From the IMG/VR virus record IMGVR_UViG_3300048881_000467, positions 1-54,642 of that record: DNA of 54,642 nt; one strand, written 5' to 3'. Each line of letters starts with the position of its first letter. Positions within the stretch are counted from its first letter, which is position 1. Shown in pieces: positions 13,101-21,246 of the stretch. Below the pieces are notes generated by a model that was not told where the DNA came from, searched no databases, and worked only from the letters and a program-made list of their open reading frames with translations. Source of the stretch: a virus. Its lineage: Duplodnaviria; Caudoviricetes. The translations under genes and the position numbers were made by a program.

Positions 13101-13570
13101 GGCTTTTCTGGTGGTGGTGGTTTTTCAAGTCCCAGAACATTTTTTAAAACTGGATTGATCGAAGTCTTTGAAAAATTAGGTGACGCCGCTATAGATAATA
13201 CTTCATCAAAAGAGATTCTAAATAAAATTGCATTTTTAAAACACTCTTTAGAAGATATGTTTTTATCTTCTATTGTAATCTTGGGCAGCACATCCACAAT
13301 CTGGATATATCGGTCGGCTTCTGTGCTGGCATATTCAACAAATATATTTTTTAATAATTCATTGGCAGCGGAGATTGCCTCGGTTCCTAAGCCGCTTTCT
13401 CCTAAAAGCTCTTGTCCAGACTTTCCTTGTAGATTGGCAACAACGGACTTTGAAGTTTTAACAGAAGAATAAAAATATCCACCACCACCTTGATTTGTTT
13501 TCGTGGGGGCGGCCCATACCATCTGTTCGGTTTCCCAACTTGGCGTCAATTGTCTAATGAGTTCTGTCAT
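7118..13570 (-). CDS. 2150-aa putative virion protein with duplicated C-terminal peptidoglycan-binding-like module
   Basis: Long ORF within the baseplate cluster; two copies of FQ.CAKI.VDG.YGPQT.AAL. Confidence 0.6.
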   Translation of the reverse strand: MTELIRQLTPSWETEQMVWAAPTKTNQGGGGYFYSSVKTSKSVVANLQGKSGQELLGESGLGTEAISAANELLKNIFVEYASTEADRYIQIVDVLPKITIEDKNISSKECFKNAILFRISFDEVLSIAASPNFSKTSINPVLKNVLGLEKPPPPEKPDDCCPCVEEEAKPEDEKDEAIEGTTELPRTGPPITATGKSGCDPTPGNLGVPPMINTLIKCPVPKLKENEIVCADYKTWEDQELRENPTIRECTINQNKGDSKFVGSTIGPKKPPSTDLKLSDDGDGPCGDLELIQSLPQAYQEILNKYGIKGLLKKAAQIAGMELPIDDIKEALFLAFLKQLDCKVFVRFLNEVIELTGVTDFWGLGESSKLLMAQIKPVVAKLPRPELEKLSEKLKLTPKYIGTPPKLPKVPTKMPQQIDDIVDVLSGKTIPEVITEFRAIGYFDDLVLSTCEKYKPEILNQIIEILKQINLDDIGSPGGFNFDFGFSVTIGELKGIDFSWLENMFGKMSDWSLPDFDFKMPTFGGATVSAPDISGISINWSSLWDLDFNSASVDGKPVDWSVDINWPKFGEIDWSKLSISFNALSKIDLGKLQNIDFGVDIDWSAFDGLNFGALSKMFDEFGKIDWKAPNFDIGKLNSLKSIDFGGGINFGIGTIGGINIRLGNFNFSIFRNLFNQFANIDFTDLISTAIPGLGSLYDKLYKIVVDYLGFEIPDFSLDFFDFSKFQMVPLGEVPELPTVNFELSPTVDLMSSISTGIADSIMEAISQATLSILKSTIRAICESLNQGKIGDLDIGSLIAESGKASFTPARAKELKDAVVNGLKDSLPSPPSFGEVAQTLDNLIDDISQVLKPAQAGALLLGEASREILDGIRFILDSKPEYRDVADALHGDAQINRLFSNVGTMVDKIMLTEEIERLTQPLSPTGRELLVDCPPPQEEYERNELKKEGIPDEEIEKQLARKKKRKKKKFSELADMLAKPADKLLDGVVPEDECTLTPSGRKKPSLAPKEPPVNDYLLKKAVDVIFDGAYMNFNKDVSGFASVVSVVQDKGKMENSAFADRGEGEDKVAAPTDKEMNETPGQINVLTQAQKGATKKVVAPDLKGFYADFAANNFSAPNGGSSYAFTIPNKTGVDNAGVEIASALNKITTGGLASLTTNRPVIELASSNFDINYTPELSDAIDREKYSITIKSVMGTTTTDIYSSPMKSDGCSVIPAVQSERQRIYPTNASSFGASKDFRQLVNYSWKNGTGTTIDVPTNHNIIFKDIVINAGKEVSTSNFFANNIISLVDFSPQLSPKQKECGCPDPHLLNLEELKKSVIKEYEDSQCGVTTAGSDEQGSASSLDAASVGGVISTIIRLYLIEFSLRSLFVLSKFPLEAKNDKTKILDSLIQSYFSQTIIDDLGKLDKAYSIEFQRQAILYHNKIAKDNGWSKTGDAVVVIDNLVSQQLRSVVTRVIETLGVDFGNQSVTQMFLEKWMPMFDLPSSEGDVRFIESGLDTVQNISEHSGLEFKLEQGKLILERYITKQDKSDQIEGWDKGAVNVSRFTDIVKNLADKTENSQKKVSDFFQNVSVGTRITYLPPMLGREAEFEQPGPSTHWYDYCPVGEDAAGLPLPCVPTQRELWTDAPTTAQVSALGQAAKNIDPIPEKAYNLIEQKEYKTVAERNSTHADHAAYGAAGATGAVGVNEDKTARKVLRRISPIPLAKAEKNLNVDNLDLVAFSNQLQELAAPDVNWDLWKRYKDELSQQLMDTDGFRFLYEYSFPLKRMVFMLMMYSSSYFTYNKNVMNLFGNTKGQLKSVFYTMLNVNNPMYEDETMKKIGGNKGLSTLADNNEEIPGMDLIGMIAKTPLLILKGLAEIADPNISIAKKIHDGALLTETDIPMIICSLMALPVNILTPMFGGIGPPITPLGIAYLAADAGSSLMSPKEKELKKKAALDKQGINLNNAKNISDCPEPPVVPQQSGEVPPPPPDVDICGEPCYDLGGEAWLNIWSSKYREYDRELLKSFQSCAKITVDGLYGPQTTAALTFYGPPGPPPKQYPRGGAFVPPDCGPESKTSTETDSQQDICGEPCYELAIQVHANIVASDRRQYNRDLLQEFQRCAKIVVDGAYGPQTEAALKFYGPPNTPPKQYPRGGPFVPPDCAPTGNKQP
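7145..7654 (-). repeat. Two diverged 234-bp (78-codon) in-frame repeats (7145-7378, 7421-7654)
   Basis: DICGEPCY...YGPP..PPKQYPRGG.FVPPDC occurs twice. Confidence 0.9.
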
Positions 13571-13571
13571 T

Positions 13572-14522
13572 TTAGTTCAAATAGTTAAAACGTGATCTTA
13601 TGTCTTTAGCTCCGCTTACACATAGATAAGTTGATTTTAATTTTTCTAAATTTTGTTTTTGAGTTACTAAACTCTTTTTGGCATTTTGTAAATGATCGGT
13701 CACTGTCTTTATCCCTTTAGACACAACCACAGGTGAGGGTGTTGTGGCTATCCCGAAAAAGGGTGAATGATGGAAATGATGCGTTACATCCATATTCATT
13801 TGCATTTGTGCCGTCAATATAGAATCTACAATACCGTTCAAAGCATTTACTTGATCTGTCAATTCTCTACCAAATTCTACTGTCTTGTTACCCTTTACCA
13901 TAGGTTCAATATATTTATCATCGCCGCCCGCAATAAGACTAATTCCCTCGATACCATCTATCGTACCACCTTGAGAATTTTTAGCATCAGTCCGCGTGAC
14001 CAATTTTATTCCTTCGCGAGCAATTATTCTAATCCCGTCAGCCTTAATTGCAATTGCTGATTTTCCATCTGAATCAGTGGTCTGCCCTCCACCGGGGATT
14101 TTAAAATTTCTATCCACATCCGTTTTTTGGCTAATATAAATTCTGGCGGCATCATTCTCAAAAGAAGGATTAACATAAGCTCGACAATCGTCTACAAAAG
14201 ATCTTGCCCGATAGCCCCAACGACCTACCACAATATCAATTGCGCCAGCTTGCGTATATCCCGCGCCACCATAACCACTCAATCTAGTTGAGGGTCTATC
14301 TCTACCGAAGACAATGCTGGTATTATTGGAACCGTCGATTACGTCTTCAGAGTCAGTAGTAATCAGTTTTGGAACGCCTTCAGTAAGAGGATCGCCAGCT
14401 ATACCTTGCGCTCTATTACGAATATCTGCGCTCAAAGAGTTCATCCGTCCATCAACGGAAGCCTGTCGCTCATTCTTTCCAAAAAGGGAAACTGAACGTT
14501 TATAATTGTCGGCTTTAGTCAT
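13572..14522 (-). CDS. Putative baseplate central spike (gp5-C/gpV-like beta-helix)
   Basis: Short alternating beta-strand pattern (AIAIKADGIRIIAREGIKLVT), His cluster HHFHH near C-terminus, position next to hub lysin. Confidence 0.55.
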   Translation of the reverse strand: MTKADNYKRSVSLFGKNERQASVDGRMNSLSADIRNRAQGIAGDPLTEGVPKLITTDSEDVIDGSNNTSIVFGRDRPSTRLSGYGGAGYTQAGAIDIVVGRWGYRARSFVDDCRAYVNPSFENDAARIYISQKTDVDRNFKIPGGGQTTDSDGKSAIAIKADGIRIIAREGIKLVTRTDAKNSQGGTIDGIEGISLIAGGDDKYIEPMVKGNKTVEFGRELTDQVNALNGIVDSILTAQMQMNMDVTHHFHHSPFFGIATTPSPVVVSKGIKTVTDHLQNAKKSLVTQKQNLEKLKSTYLCVSGAKDIRSRFNYLN

Positions 14523-14524
14523 TT

Positions 14525-16450
14525 TTATGCAACTCCATAATTACTTTCTTTTTTAACTGATGCGAGGCGATTATTTGGATAAAGTTGAACATGTGCCACA
14601 TCAGGAAAATTGCGCCAATCACCACCCCAGTGAAGACCAACTTTCTTTGCTTCTTCACCAAGAGCCTTCCAGAAACCAGCGTCTTTTGCGGCTGGTTCCC
14701 ATCCCCATCTTGAATCTACAATATCCGCTGCATATGCATTCGGTGCGGCACCTTTTTCAGCATTGTGAAAACTAAACAACACTTTACTGTTTCCTTTTCG
14801 AACTAACTCAGCTTGCACCTCTTTGGATCTCCAAGCATAAAATATCTTAGGTTTAAATCCGCGTTGAGTTAGGGCATTTAAAACCGCTTCGACTTTGGGA
14901 ACCATTCGCGAATCCAAGCTTCGCAACTTCTTAGCCTTGGGCCAGCGTGCGGCATTACCACCCCATTCGTCCGAGCGGGCCGGTGAAGTCTCTGATCCTG
15001 GTGTTGTCCAATCCGGTCTTCCACAAGAAGATTGTTCGGTGGTGGCAGTGGGCGTTGATGGTTGTGGCGTTGGGGTAGAGGATGGTGGCTCCGCAATATC
15101 CCCAACTTTATTATAAGCACTTTGAAGTTTGGGTGCATAAGAGCGAACTTGTGATGAGCCGTTATAAACGCTCACCATAGCCTCAAAATTTGGAGGGGTT
15201 TTAGTAAAAGCTTGTTTTTTTCGAGAAGAACGAAACGCATCCTTAAACCACGCTGCAATCATCATATCGCCCGCCGCTACGGGATTCGAATCATAAGCGG
15301 CAACTGCTTTTTGTGGATCATTATCATAAGCCCTGAGAAGCGCCCATCCCATAACCTGATAAGAACCCCACGATGTTGATTTGATAGCTTGGGCGGGGTC
15401 TAACTTAAATGCTCGGTCAAACCCAACTCGATTAGTGTTGTTTCTTCTTTTGTCAATAAAAAAATCTTTCCCCCGAGAAGCCTTGCGTTTGTTTTTGGGA
15501 TCGTTTGCCCAAGATGCCCGATCATTACCACGAGGAGCATAAGGGATCTTCGCCCTTCCAGAATAATTAGGTCCACCATATAAGTCCGGTCGAGATCCTT
15601 TGTCGCCAGTAGTTTTTTCCGGTCCTTTCATTCCCAAAAAAACATGAGGCTCGAAGCGCACCGTTGTTTTAGTGGGTGTTTTGCCGCGAGATTCCACTTC
15701 CATAAACGAATAAAGAAGTCTTACGGATAACGCAACACCAGTTTGAGATTGAACCATCGCTACAACATTTTGGGCGCGTTCTAGTTTTGAAGCACCATCA
15801 GTAGATGGCAAAATTTTTCCGTTACCTGCCGCAGTTGCACCCGCGCTACAATAGCCACCGTTACCACTAGAATTATTAAATGCTTCGCTACCTTCAGAAC
15901 TTTGACCAGTCTGATTTATTCCATTTTTTGATTTTTCCCCCGACGCTCCTGGGCCCTGTGTAACCTTTCTAATAAAAATAGGTTGCGTAAGATTATTTTT
16001 ATCAGCATAGTCTACAATTACAATGTCACCAGGAACGATCTCTCCCTTACTTGCTTCCTCATCCCGAGCCACAAAAGTCGGGTAAAGATCAATGACGCGC
16101 TGGTGCGGACCAGGAGTGTCGCCATACACCGCAGGTTCAGGAAGTGCTGCATGAACTTCCGGTATTCTCACTTTCAATTCTTTGAGCGGGACTGTTTTGA
16201 ATCCAGGTAATGAAGACCAAATACTACTAGCGTTTTTATCGCTTCCTAATTCAACTCGCAAAACAACACCCTTGAGAGGTCCAACACTTTCAAACCCTTT
16301 ATTCTTGTACTGGTTGTCTAACATCGTTTGCATGGTGCCCATGACAGTTGTGTCAGAAGCATCATACGATACACCCGTGTTAGGTTTTTCTATTTGGTTT
16401 AGATCGCCAAATGCGAGTTTTGTGCGAGTGTCCTTTTTTTTGATAGCCAC
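14525..16450 (-). CDS. Baseplate hub-associated lysin: OB-fold-like N-terminus + N-acetylmuramidase + M15 peptidase
   Basis: VES / FEPHVF / STSWGSYQVMG (DUF3380-type muramidase); WRS..Q, SFHN, AADIV, WGGDW...DVAHVQ (M15C). Confidence 0.8.
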   Translation of the reverse strand: MAIKKKDTRTKLAFGDLNQIEKPNTGVSYDASDTTVMGTMQTMLDNQYKNKGFESVGPLKGVVLRVELGSDKNASSIWSSLPGFKTVPLKELKVRIPEVHAALPEPAVYGDTPGPHQRVIDLYPTFVARDEEASKGEIVPGDIVIVDYADKNNLTQPIFIRKVTQGPGASGEKSKNGINQTGQSSEGSEAFNNSSGNGGYCSAGATAAGNGKILPSTDGASKLERAQNVVAMVQSQTGVALSVRLLYSFMEVESRGKTPTKTTVRFEPHVFLGMKGPEKTTGDKGSRPDLYGGPNYSGRAKIPYAPRGNDRASWANDPKNKRKASRGKDFFIDKRRNNTNRVGFDRAFKLDPAQAIKSTSWGSYQVMGWALLRAYDNDPQKAVAAYDSNPVAAGDMMIAAWFKDAFRSSRKKQAFTKTPPNFEAMVSVYNGSSQVRSYAPKLQSAYNKVGDIAEPPSSTPTPQPSTPTATTEQSSCGRPDWTTPGSETSPARSDEWGGNAARWPKAKKLRSLDSRMVPKVEAVLNALTQRGFKPKIFYAWRSKEVQAELVRKGNSKVLFSFHNAEKGAAPNAYAADIVDSRWGWEPAAKDAGFWKALGEEAKKVGLHWGGDWRNFPDVAHVQLYPNNRLASVKKESNYGVA

Positions 16451-16452
16451 AT

Positions 16453-16752
16453 TTAATCCCCCGCTTCATTGAGTTCTTTAAAAATTTCATCTCGTTCTTC
16501 TGCTGATAAACCTGTTTCGCTTTTTTCAGTTTTTTGTTTAAGGCTGGCTATCTTTACAAGTTGTTCGTTGGAACGCTGCAACGTTTCAACATACTTGGCA
16601 GCAGTTATTCCAACATCCCTATGACGATCTTCGGATGCGGCAATATACTTTACCAAATCGTTTAAAAGGTCTTTGGTTTGTTCTCTGTCTGCCCTAATGT
16701 TATCTATGGCTTCTTTCGCAAGAGTTTCAAAATCTGTTTTTACTCGTTCCAT
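16453..16752 (-). CDS. Hypothetical helical protein
   Basis: 99-aa ORF, coupled to both neighbours. Confidence 0.7.
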   Translation of the reverse strand: MERVKTDFETLAKEAIDNIRADREQTKDLLNDLVKYIAASEDRHRDVGITAAKYVETLQRSNEQLVKIASLKQKTEKSETGLSAEERDEIFKELNEAGD

Positions 16753-17414
16753 TTTCTTTTAAAATTAGAGTATTCAGACCTGAACTTATGAAGGCTATTT
16801 AAAACCTGCTTAGTATTCAAATTTGTTATTTCCCTAATGTATAGGTAAATAGCTTTCTTATTAAAAATTTCAATCACATCGGGCTCCGACAAAAGTATCT
16901 TAATAGCTGCTAAAACTTTTCTTTCATTTTCCTTCAATGATTGTTTTTCCCACCGATATATTTCTTGCCACAAATGATCCATATATTCTTTCCACTCTCT
17001 CAGCTCATCATATTTATTATACGTGGAAAGATGCTGCGATTCAACAGATTTGGAAATATCTTCAAACGCGGCCTCTCGGCGCAGTTGAATAGCGGTTTTT
17101 TTAACTTTAGCGATAAACCAATTTTTAGTAATAACACTAAAATAAGAAAATGCCTTGGAACCCTTCGAAACATCAAAGTTACTCAGAATGGTGATAAGAT
17201 GAATTTCACATTCATTCTTCAGCATTTCGATATTTGGTAAACTGGTAAATTTATAGGTAAAGACGATTTTGTTAATCAGCTCTAAAAAAACTGGTTGGAT
17301 AATATCTCGATAAAGAACATTTCTTTCGGATCTATTGCTCGAAGCAATATAATCTAAAATGGCCGCTTCGTGTACTTCAGTAAAATATCTTCTATTCTTC
17401 TTTTTCTTCTTCAT
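16740..17414 (-). CDS. Phage late-transcription sigma factor (T4 gp55-like)
   Basis: Sigma region-2-like FDVSKGSKAFSYFSVITKNW; N-terminal YFT motif. Confidence 0.65.
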   Translation of the reverse strand: MKKKKKNRRYFTEVHEAAILDYIASSNRSERNVLYRDIIQPVFLELINKIVFTYKFTSLPNIEMLKNECEIHLITILSNFDVSKGSKAFSYFSVITKNWFIAKVKKTAIQLRREAAFEDISKSVESQHLSTYNKYDELREWKEYMDHLWQEIYRWEKQSLKENERKVLAAIKILLSEPDVIEIFNKKAIYLYIREITNLNTKQVLNSLHKFRSEYSNFKRKWNE

Positions 17415-17760
17415 GTTCCTCTATCTCTATCTCTGCGGAAACTTCCGCTAGCTGCTTTTCTAAATCAGGCTGAGTGAAGGAATAAATCTTTTCATATCTC
17501 TTTAAAAATTCTATCATTTGACCGGAGTGATCTAACAATCCCTTAAGCGTTTCATCTCCATAGAAAGTCGGCATCTCATAAACCGATTGCAAATGTTCTT
17601 TAAAAGAGTCCATTCTGCTAAAAATATCAACTGCTTCTTCTGAGGCTTTATAAACCGTGTCAATCTTAAGAAGTGTGGACTTAGCGTACCACACCATAAC
17701 CACATTAAGCACAATCGACAATATGGCAACTACCATCAGGGCTACAATAATATAATTCAT
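17392..17760 (-). CDS. Membrane-anchored hypothetical protein
   Basis: N-terminal hydrophobic helix followed by helical domain. Confidence 0.7.
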   Translation of the reverse strand: MNYIIVALMVVAILSIVLNVVMVWYAKSTLLKIDTVYKASEEAVDIFSRMDSFKEHLQSVYEMPTFYGDETLKGLLDHSGQMIEFLKRYEKIYSFTQPDLEKQLAEVSAEIEIEEHEEEKEE

Positions 17761-18023
17761 TTTTTATATATCCTTTTTTTTAAAATGTTTTGATCTGATT
17801 TCAATTCTTGTTTCGCATCTTCGATTGCTTCCTTCACAACGCTTCCAGCTCTCAAATTATCATCAGTTTTACGATGCTTTGTTGTTAAAAATATCTCACT
17901 GGGCTTCCGCACCAATAAACCGTCCCAACCGCAATTTTCGCAAATTGTCAGTGTTTTTTTCAAAGAGTGAGAAATTTCAAAACTGAACTCACACCACTCA
18001 CAAAAATAAGCGTACCTAGGCAA
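17757..18023 (-). CDS. FmdB-like zinc-ribbon protein
   Basis: Probable TTG start gives MPRYAYFCEWC...CENCG. Confidence 0.75.
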   Translation of the reverse strand: MPRYAYFCEWCEFSFEISHSLKKTLTICENCGWDGLLVRKPSEIFLTTKHRKTDDNLRAGSVVKEAIEDAKQELKSDQNILKKRIYKK

Positions 18024-18213
18024 CTGTATCTTCTTCCAACTCAGACTCCGGTACACTAATCATTGGTGGGTTTTCAACTACTAGACCATCTGCTGTATTA
18101 GATAGATCAAATCCTTTCAGCAATTCAGTAATATCACATTGTTCCATCAATCCTTTTTGCAAGGCCATCATCAGTGCGCCGACTGCTTGATTTGATAATT
18201 TATAATTTGTCAT
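18016..18213 (-). CDS. Small hypothetical protein
   Basis: AAGGAG RBS before MTNYKLSNQ. Confidence 0.7.
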   Translation of the reverse strand: MTNYKLSNQAVGALMMALQKGLMEQCDITELLKGFDLSNTADGLVVENPPMISVPESELEEDTVA

Positions 18214-18223
18214 TTTATTCTCC

Positions 18224-19234
18224 TTATTTTTCATTAACATAAAGTAACTTCTTTACTCTGGCTGGTTCCCAAAATCCCCTATACCAAAGTTTATCGCTCA
18301 TCAACTGTGTCTCTAATTCACTCTTTTTGTTTTCTAAAATATAATTTTCATAATGATAAAGGTGAATATCCTTCCCATAATACATTACTCTTTTATTTTG
18401 TTCATTAGCTCGCAAGCATATATCTACATCCTGATAAGATGCTTTCATTGATGGACACAATCCTCCGGTCTTAATAAACCACTCAGAATCTATAATCAAA
18501 AATGCCGCCGTGATAAATAACTCACCTTTATCACAATTTACTTTTGGATCATCTTTGGGATAACCACGAAACATGTGTAAAGCAAACAACCCCCTTTCAC
18601 CTGGGCGAGGCCCAAACATAGAACCAGCATATTGAACGGTGTCAAGTCTATCTGATCTAGAATATAGAAAATCTTGTGTGGGATAAAGAAGTTTGGTTCC
18701 TGTGATTATGTTGTCGTTATCTTTGTGCTTGTGGTAAAGGGATGGTAGTGTTCTCGGATTGTCTGCCCACAAATCCGAACTCCATAAAATGATTTCTTTT
18801 AAATTCTTTGAGCGAGATTGTAGAGCGTGAACAGCTAAATTGTGAAGCATGGAAAAATTAAATATGTTCTGCGAATTATCAACTCTCAAATACGAACAGT
18901 CACTTTCAAGTGCGATAACCTTGACTTCGGCCTCAGAAGAACGATCATCCATGATAAGAACATTAGCAATATCAAAAACTTTATTATCTCGCATATTATT
19001 CAGTGTATATTTCAGAAGTTCAGCGTTATCCCTGATACACATTAAAATAACAGGTTTATTAAAATCTAATGTTTTCGATTCTACAAAAGAACAGGTATAA
19101 GTGTTTTTTTCAGGTTGGAGATTATAGGAATTTGAATAATAGCTTTTTACAACTCTATCTTCATATTGATTTATAGAGAAACTATTAGATTCTATTTTCT
19201 TTTTAAAGTTATAAATGTGTGTTGTTTTTTGCAT
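18224..19234 (-). CDS. Glycosyltransferase family 2
   Basis: IMDDRS, FNFSMLHN, QDVDICLRA, HYE; GGAGGA RBS before MQKTT. Confidence 0.8.
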   Translation of the reverse strand: MQKTTHIYNFKKKIESNSFSINQYEDRVVKSYYSNSYNLQPEKNTYTCSFVESKTLDFNKPVILMCIRDNAELLKYTLNNMRDNKVFDIANVLIMDDRSSEAEVKVIALESDCSYLRVDNSQNIFNFSMLHNLAVHALQSRSKNLKEIILWSSDLWADNPRTLPSLYHKHKDNDNIITGTKLLYPTQDFLYSRSDRLDTVQYAGSMFGPRPGERGLFALHMFRGYPKDDPKVNCDKGELFITAAFLIIDSEWFIKTGGLCPSMKASYQDVDICLRANEQNKRVMYYGKDIHLYHYENYILENKKSELETQLMSDKLWYRGFWEPARVKKLLYVNEK

Positions 19235-20024
19235 ACTTCCTCCATCTCTTGCCATTAGGAACCAGCTCCACAAGATTAGTTTGAGGATTCGACCATTCTC
19301 CATTAATAATTTTATTTTTTATTAAAGGATAACCATCTTTTATTAGTTCCTCCCATTTATGAAAGTGCATATTCAGCAGGTCGCCTTTTTTATTTTGACC
19401 CCTTCGACCAAGAATCGGTTTCCAGTTTTTAACAGAATACATGGCACCTATTTTTAATTTCTGTTTGCTCATAAAGTGACTCAAGCCATATTCACAAGCC
19501 AAAATCACTTCTTCTCTTAATTTAGAGAGATCTTTCGATGTTCTTAAGATATTTTTTTCAAACTTAATAAAGTCAAAAAAATTAAACAAATGTGGGATCG
19601 CTTTTTTTTCAAAAACTAAAAAATGACTTTGCACATGATAGCGATATTTAAGTGAATTTTTTAATTTTGGATGACCTTGAATAGAATCTGTAAGACCCCA
19701 CATATCTAATCTAGTTTTTGATCCCCATTCAAAAACATTATCAAATTTTCCAACCAAAGAGTTGCTATCATTTGCAAAAACAATGCGTTCAAATCGCTCT
19801 AAATTTTTTATTTTTTTTATAGTCCTATAAAACAACCCGAAATCGTATCCCTTGTTTGAAAGTCTAATTATTTTATAAGGAAGATCTAAAAACCCACTAT
19901 GCGTAGTAGCAAAAACCACATTTGTAAAATATTGACTCAATTCTTTTACATAGGCCTCTGTATTTAGAGAAATGTATCCCTTGGAGTGGTGAGCAAATAT
20001 CAAAAGTGAAGCTTTCTTATTCAT
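19209..20024 (-). CDS. Rhamnan synthesis F (RgpF)-like protein
   Basis: NKGYDFG, FANDS, DMWGLT, HVQSHFL, YPLIK. Confidence 0.8.
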   Translation of the reverse strand: MNKKASLLIFAHHSKGYISLNTEAYVKELSQYFTNVVFATTHSGFLDLPYKIIRLSNKGYDFGLFYRTIKKIKNLERFERIVFANDSNSLVGKFDNVFEWGSKTRLDMWGLTDSIQGHPKLKNSLKYRYHVQSHFLVFEKKAIPHLFNFFDFIKFEKNILRTSKDLSKLREEVILACEYGLSHFMSKQKLKIGAMYSVKNWKPILGRRGQNKKGDLLNMHFHKWEELIKDGYPLIKNKIINGEWSNPQTNLVELVPNGKRWRKYAKNNTHL

Positions 20025-20041
20025 TGTGCGTGTTTCTTATT

Positions 20042-20827
20042 TTAAACCAAATAACAAGAATAATTCATGTGCTTCAATAAGGGATCGAAGACTCTTTCAA
20101 AGGCGTGAGCCCGCAAACCATCGGGATATGCACCAATCTCAAAATCCTCTACCTTTATGTCACACTCTTTAATATAATCCCAAACTTCTCCACGCATCCA
20201 AAACATTGTTCCTGCCAAAAATGCATAATTATTAGGATAACAATGAGGTGCCTTAAGTTTTAATTTATTCTTAAGCCATAAATAATTATTCAAGTTGATA
20301 TTAGCATTAAAATTTGTTTTACATTGTGTATAATATTTGCGTGAGGAAATTAATCCGATAGATGGATAAGTCTCAAAACATTGTAGGTGATTCAAAACTT
20401 TATTCGAACTGCCCAACAAGGTGTCCAAAAAATCCTCTCTCCATCCATATTGACGCTCTAATTGTCCCGTGCGATTATTCGTCACAACAAAGTATGAATC
20501 ACTTGATTTTGTATGTATTTTACATACATAATCATAAGACAAGTTAAGTGATTTAGCTGCTTCAGTTGAAGCGAAAAAACCGCCAACGTCTTGGCCACGA
20601 TTTTGAGAAACCGTAAAAATACATTGTCCTGGGATGGTTTTTTTTAAACTTTTCTTAAGAGAATCAATATATCTTCTATTTGACTTGTCAATATAACTAA
20701 AATTCAGATACAAATCAAAAAACGCCGGTAGGTATTGCACATGCAGAAGCAACTCCTCCAATATTTCCAAATAGTGTGCGTGAATAATCACGGCTACCCT
20801 AAGATGCTTCAGTCGCGACCGTTTCAT
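20042..20827 (-). CDS. Rhamnan synthesis F (RgpF)-like protein
   Basis: HAHY, NRGQDV, KIHTK, AGTMFW, HAFER. Confidence 0.8.
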   Translation of the reverse strand: MKRSRLKHLRVAVIIHAHYLEILEELLLHVQYLPAFFDLYLNFSYIDKSNRRYIDSLKKSLKKTIPGQCIFTVSQNRGQDVGGFFASTEAAKSLNLSYDYVCKIHTKSSDSYFVVTNNRTGQLERQYGWREDFLDTLLGSSNKVLNHLQCFETYPSIGLISSRKYYTQCKTNFNANINLNNYLWLKNKLKLKAPHCYPNNYAFLAGTMFWMRGEVWDYIKECDIKVEDFEIGAYPDGLRAHAFERVFDPLLKHMNYSCYLV

Positions 20828-21225
20828 TTCTCTAAGTATTTTACCACCTTATCGTGGATTTTTGAATCCACATTTTCTTTCCATGAGTTGTCGTCGCTCG
20901 CAATTTGGTTACGGATTTGCGTGGCTGAAATAAAACCAATATCTTTAGGTGGTACATGTTCCACAATTCCATATCCAACCCCACGGCCATAATTAACAGA
21001 TTCGATATCTGGTATTGATAACACCACCACATCATCATCGGCATACGCAGTCTCTAACATATCGATAGTTTGCTCAGTTGTAAATGGATTTTTTTCATCA
21101 GGCGGAATATCTCTTACACAAATAAGAACTGGTACTCCTTGATTTAGTTTTTGACCAATAAGCCACTTGTGACCATTATGTAGAGGTTGCCACCGACCTA
21201 CGAACATCGCTCTTTTGTTAATCAT
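20824..21225 (-). CDS. Cytidylyltransferase-like (HxGH) nucleotidyltransferase
   Basis: GRWQPLHNGH and ISATQIR. Confidence 0.85.
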   Translation of the reverse strand: MINKRAMFVGRWQPLHNGHKWLIGQKLNQGVPVLICVRDIPPDEKNPFTTEQTIDMLETAYADDDVVVLSIPDIESVNYGRGVGYGIVEHVPPKDIGFISATQIRNQIASDDNSWKENVDSKIHDKVVKYLEK

Positions 21226-21246
21226 TTATTTTGTGTCCTTCCATTT

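Noticed and set aside
176-16472. Numerous short plus-strand ORFs (e.g. 11595-12191, 12930-13472)
   Set aside because: Antisense shadows of long minus-strand genes; the same applies to the other short plus-strand ORFs except 39715-40575.
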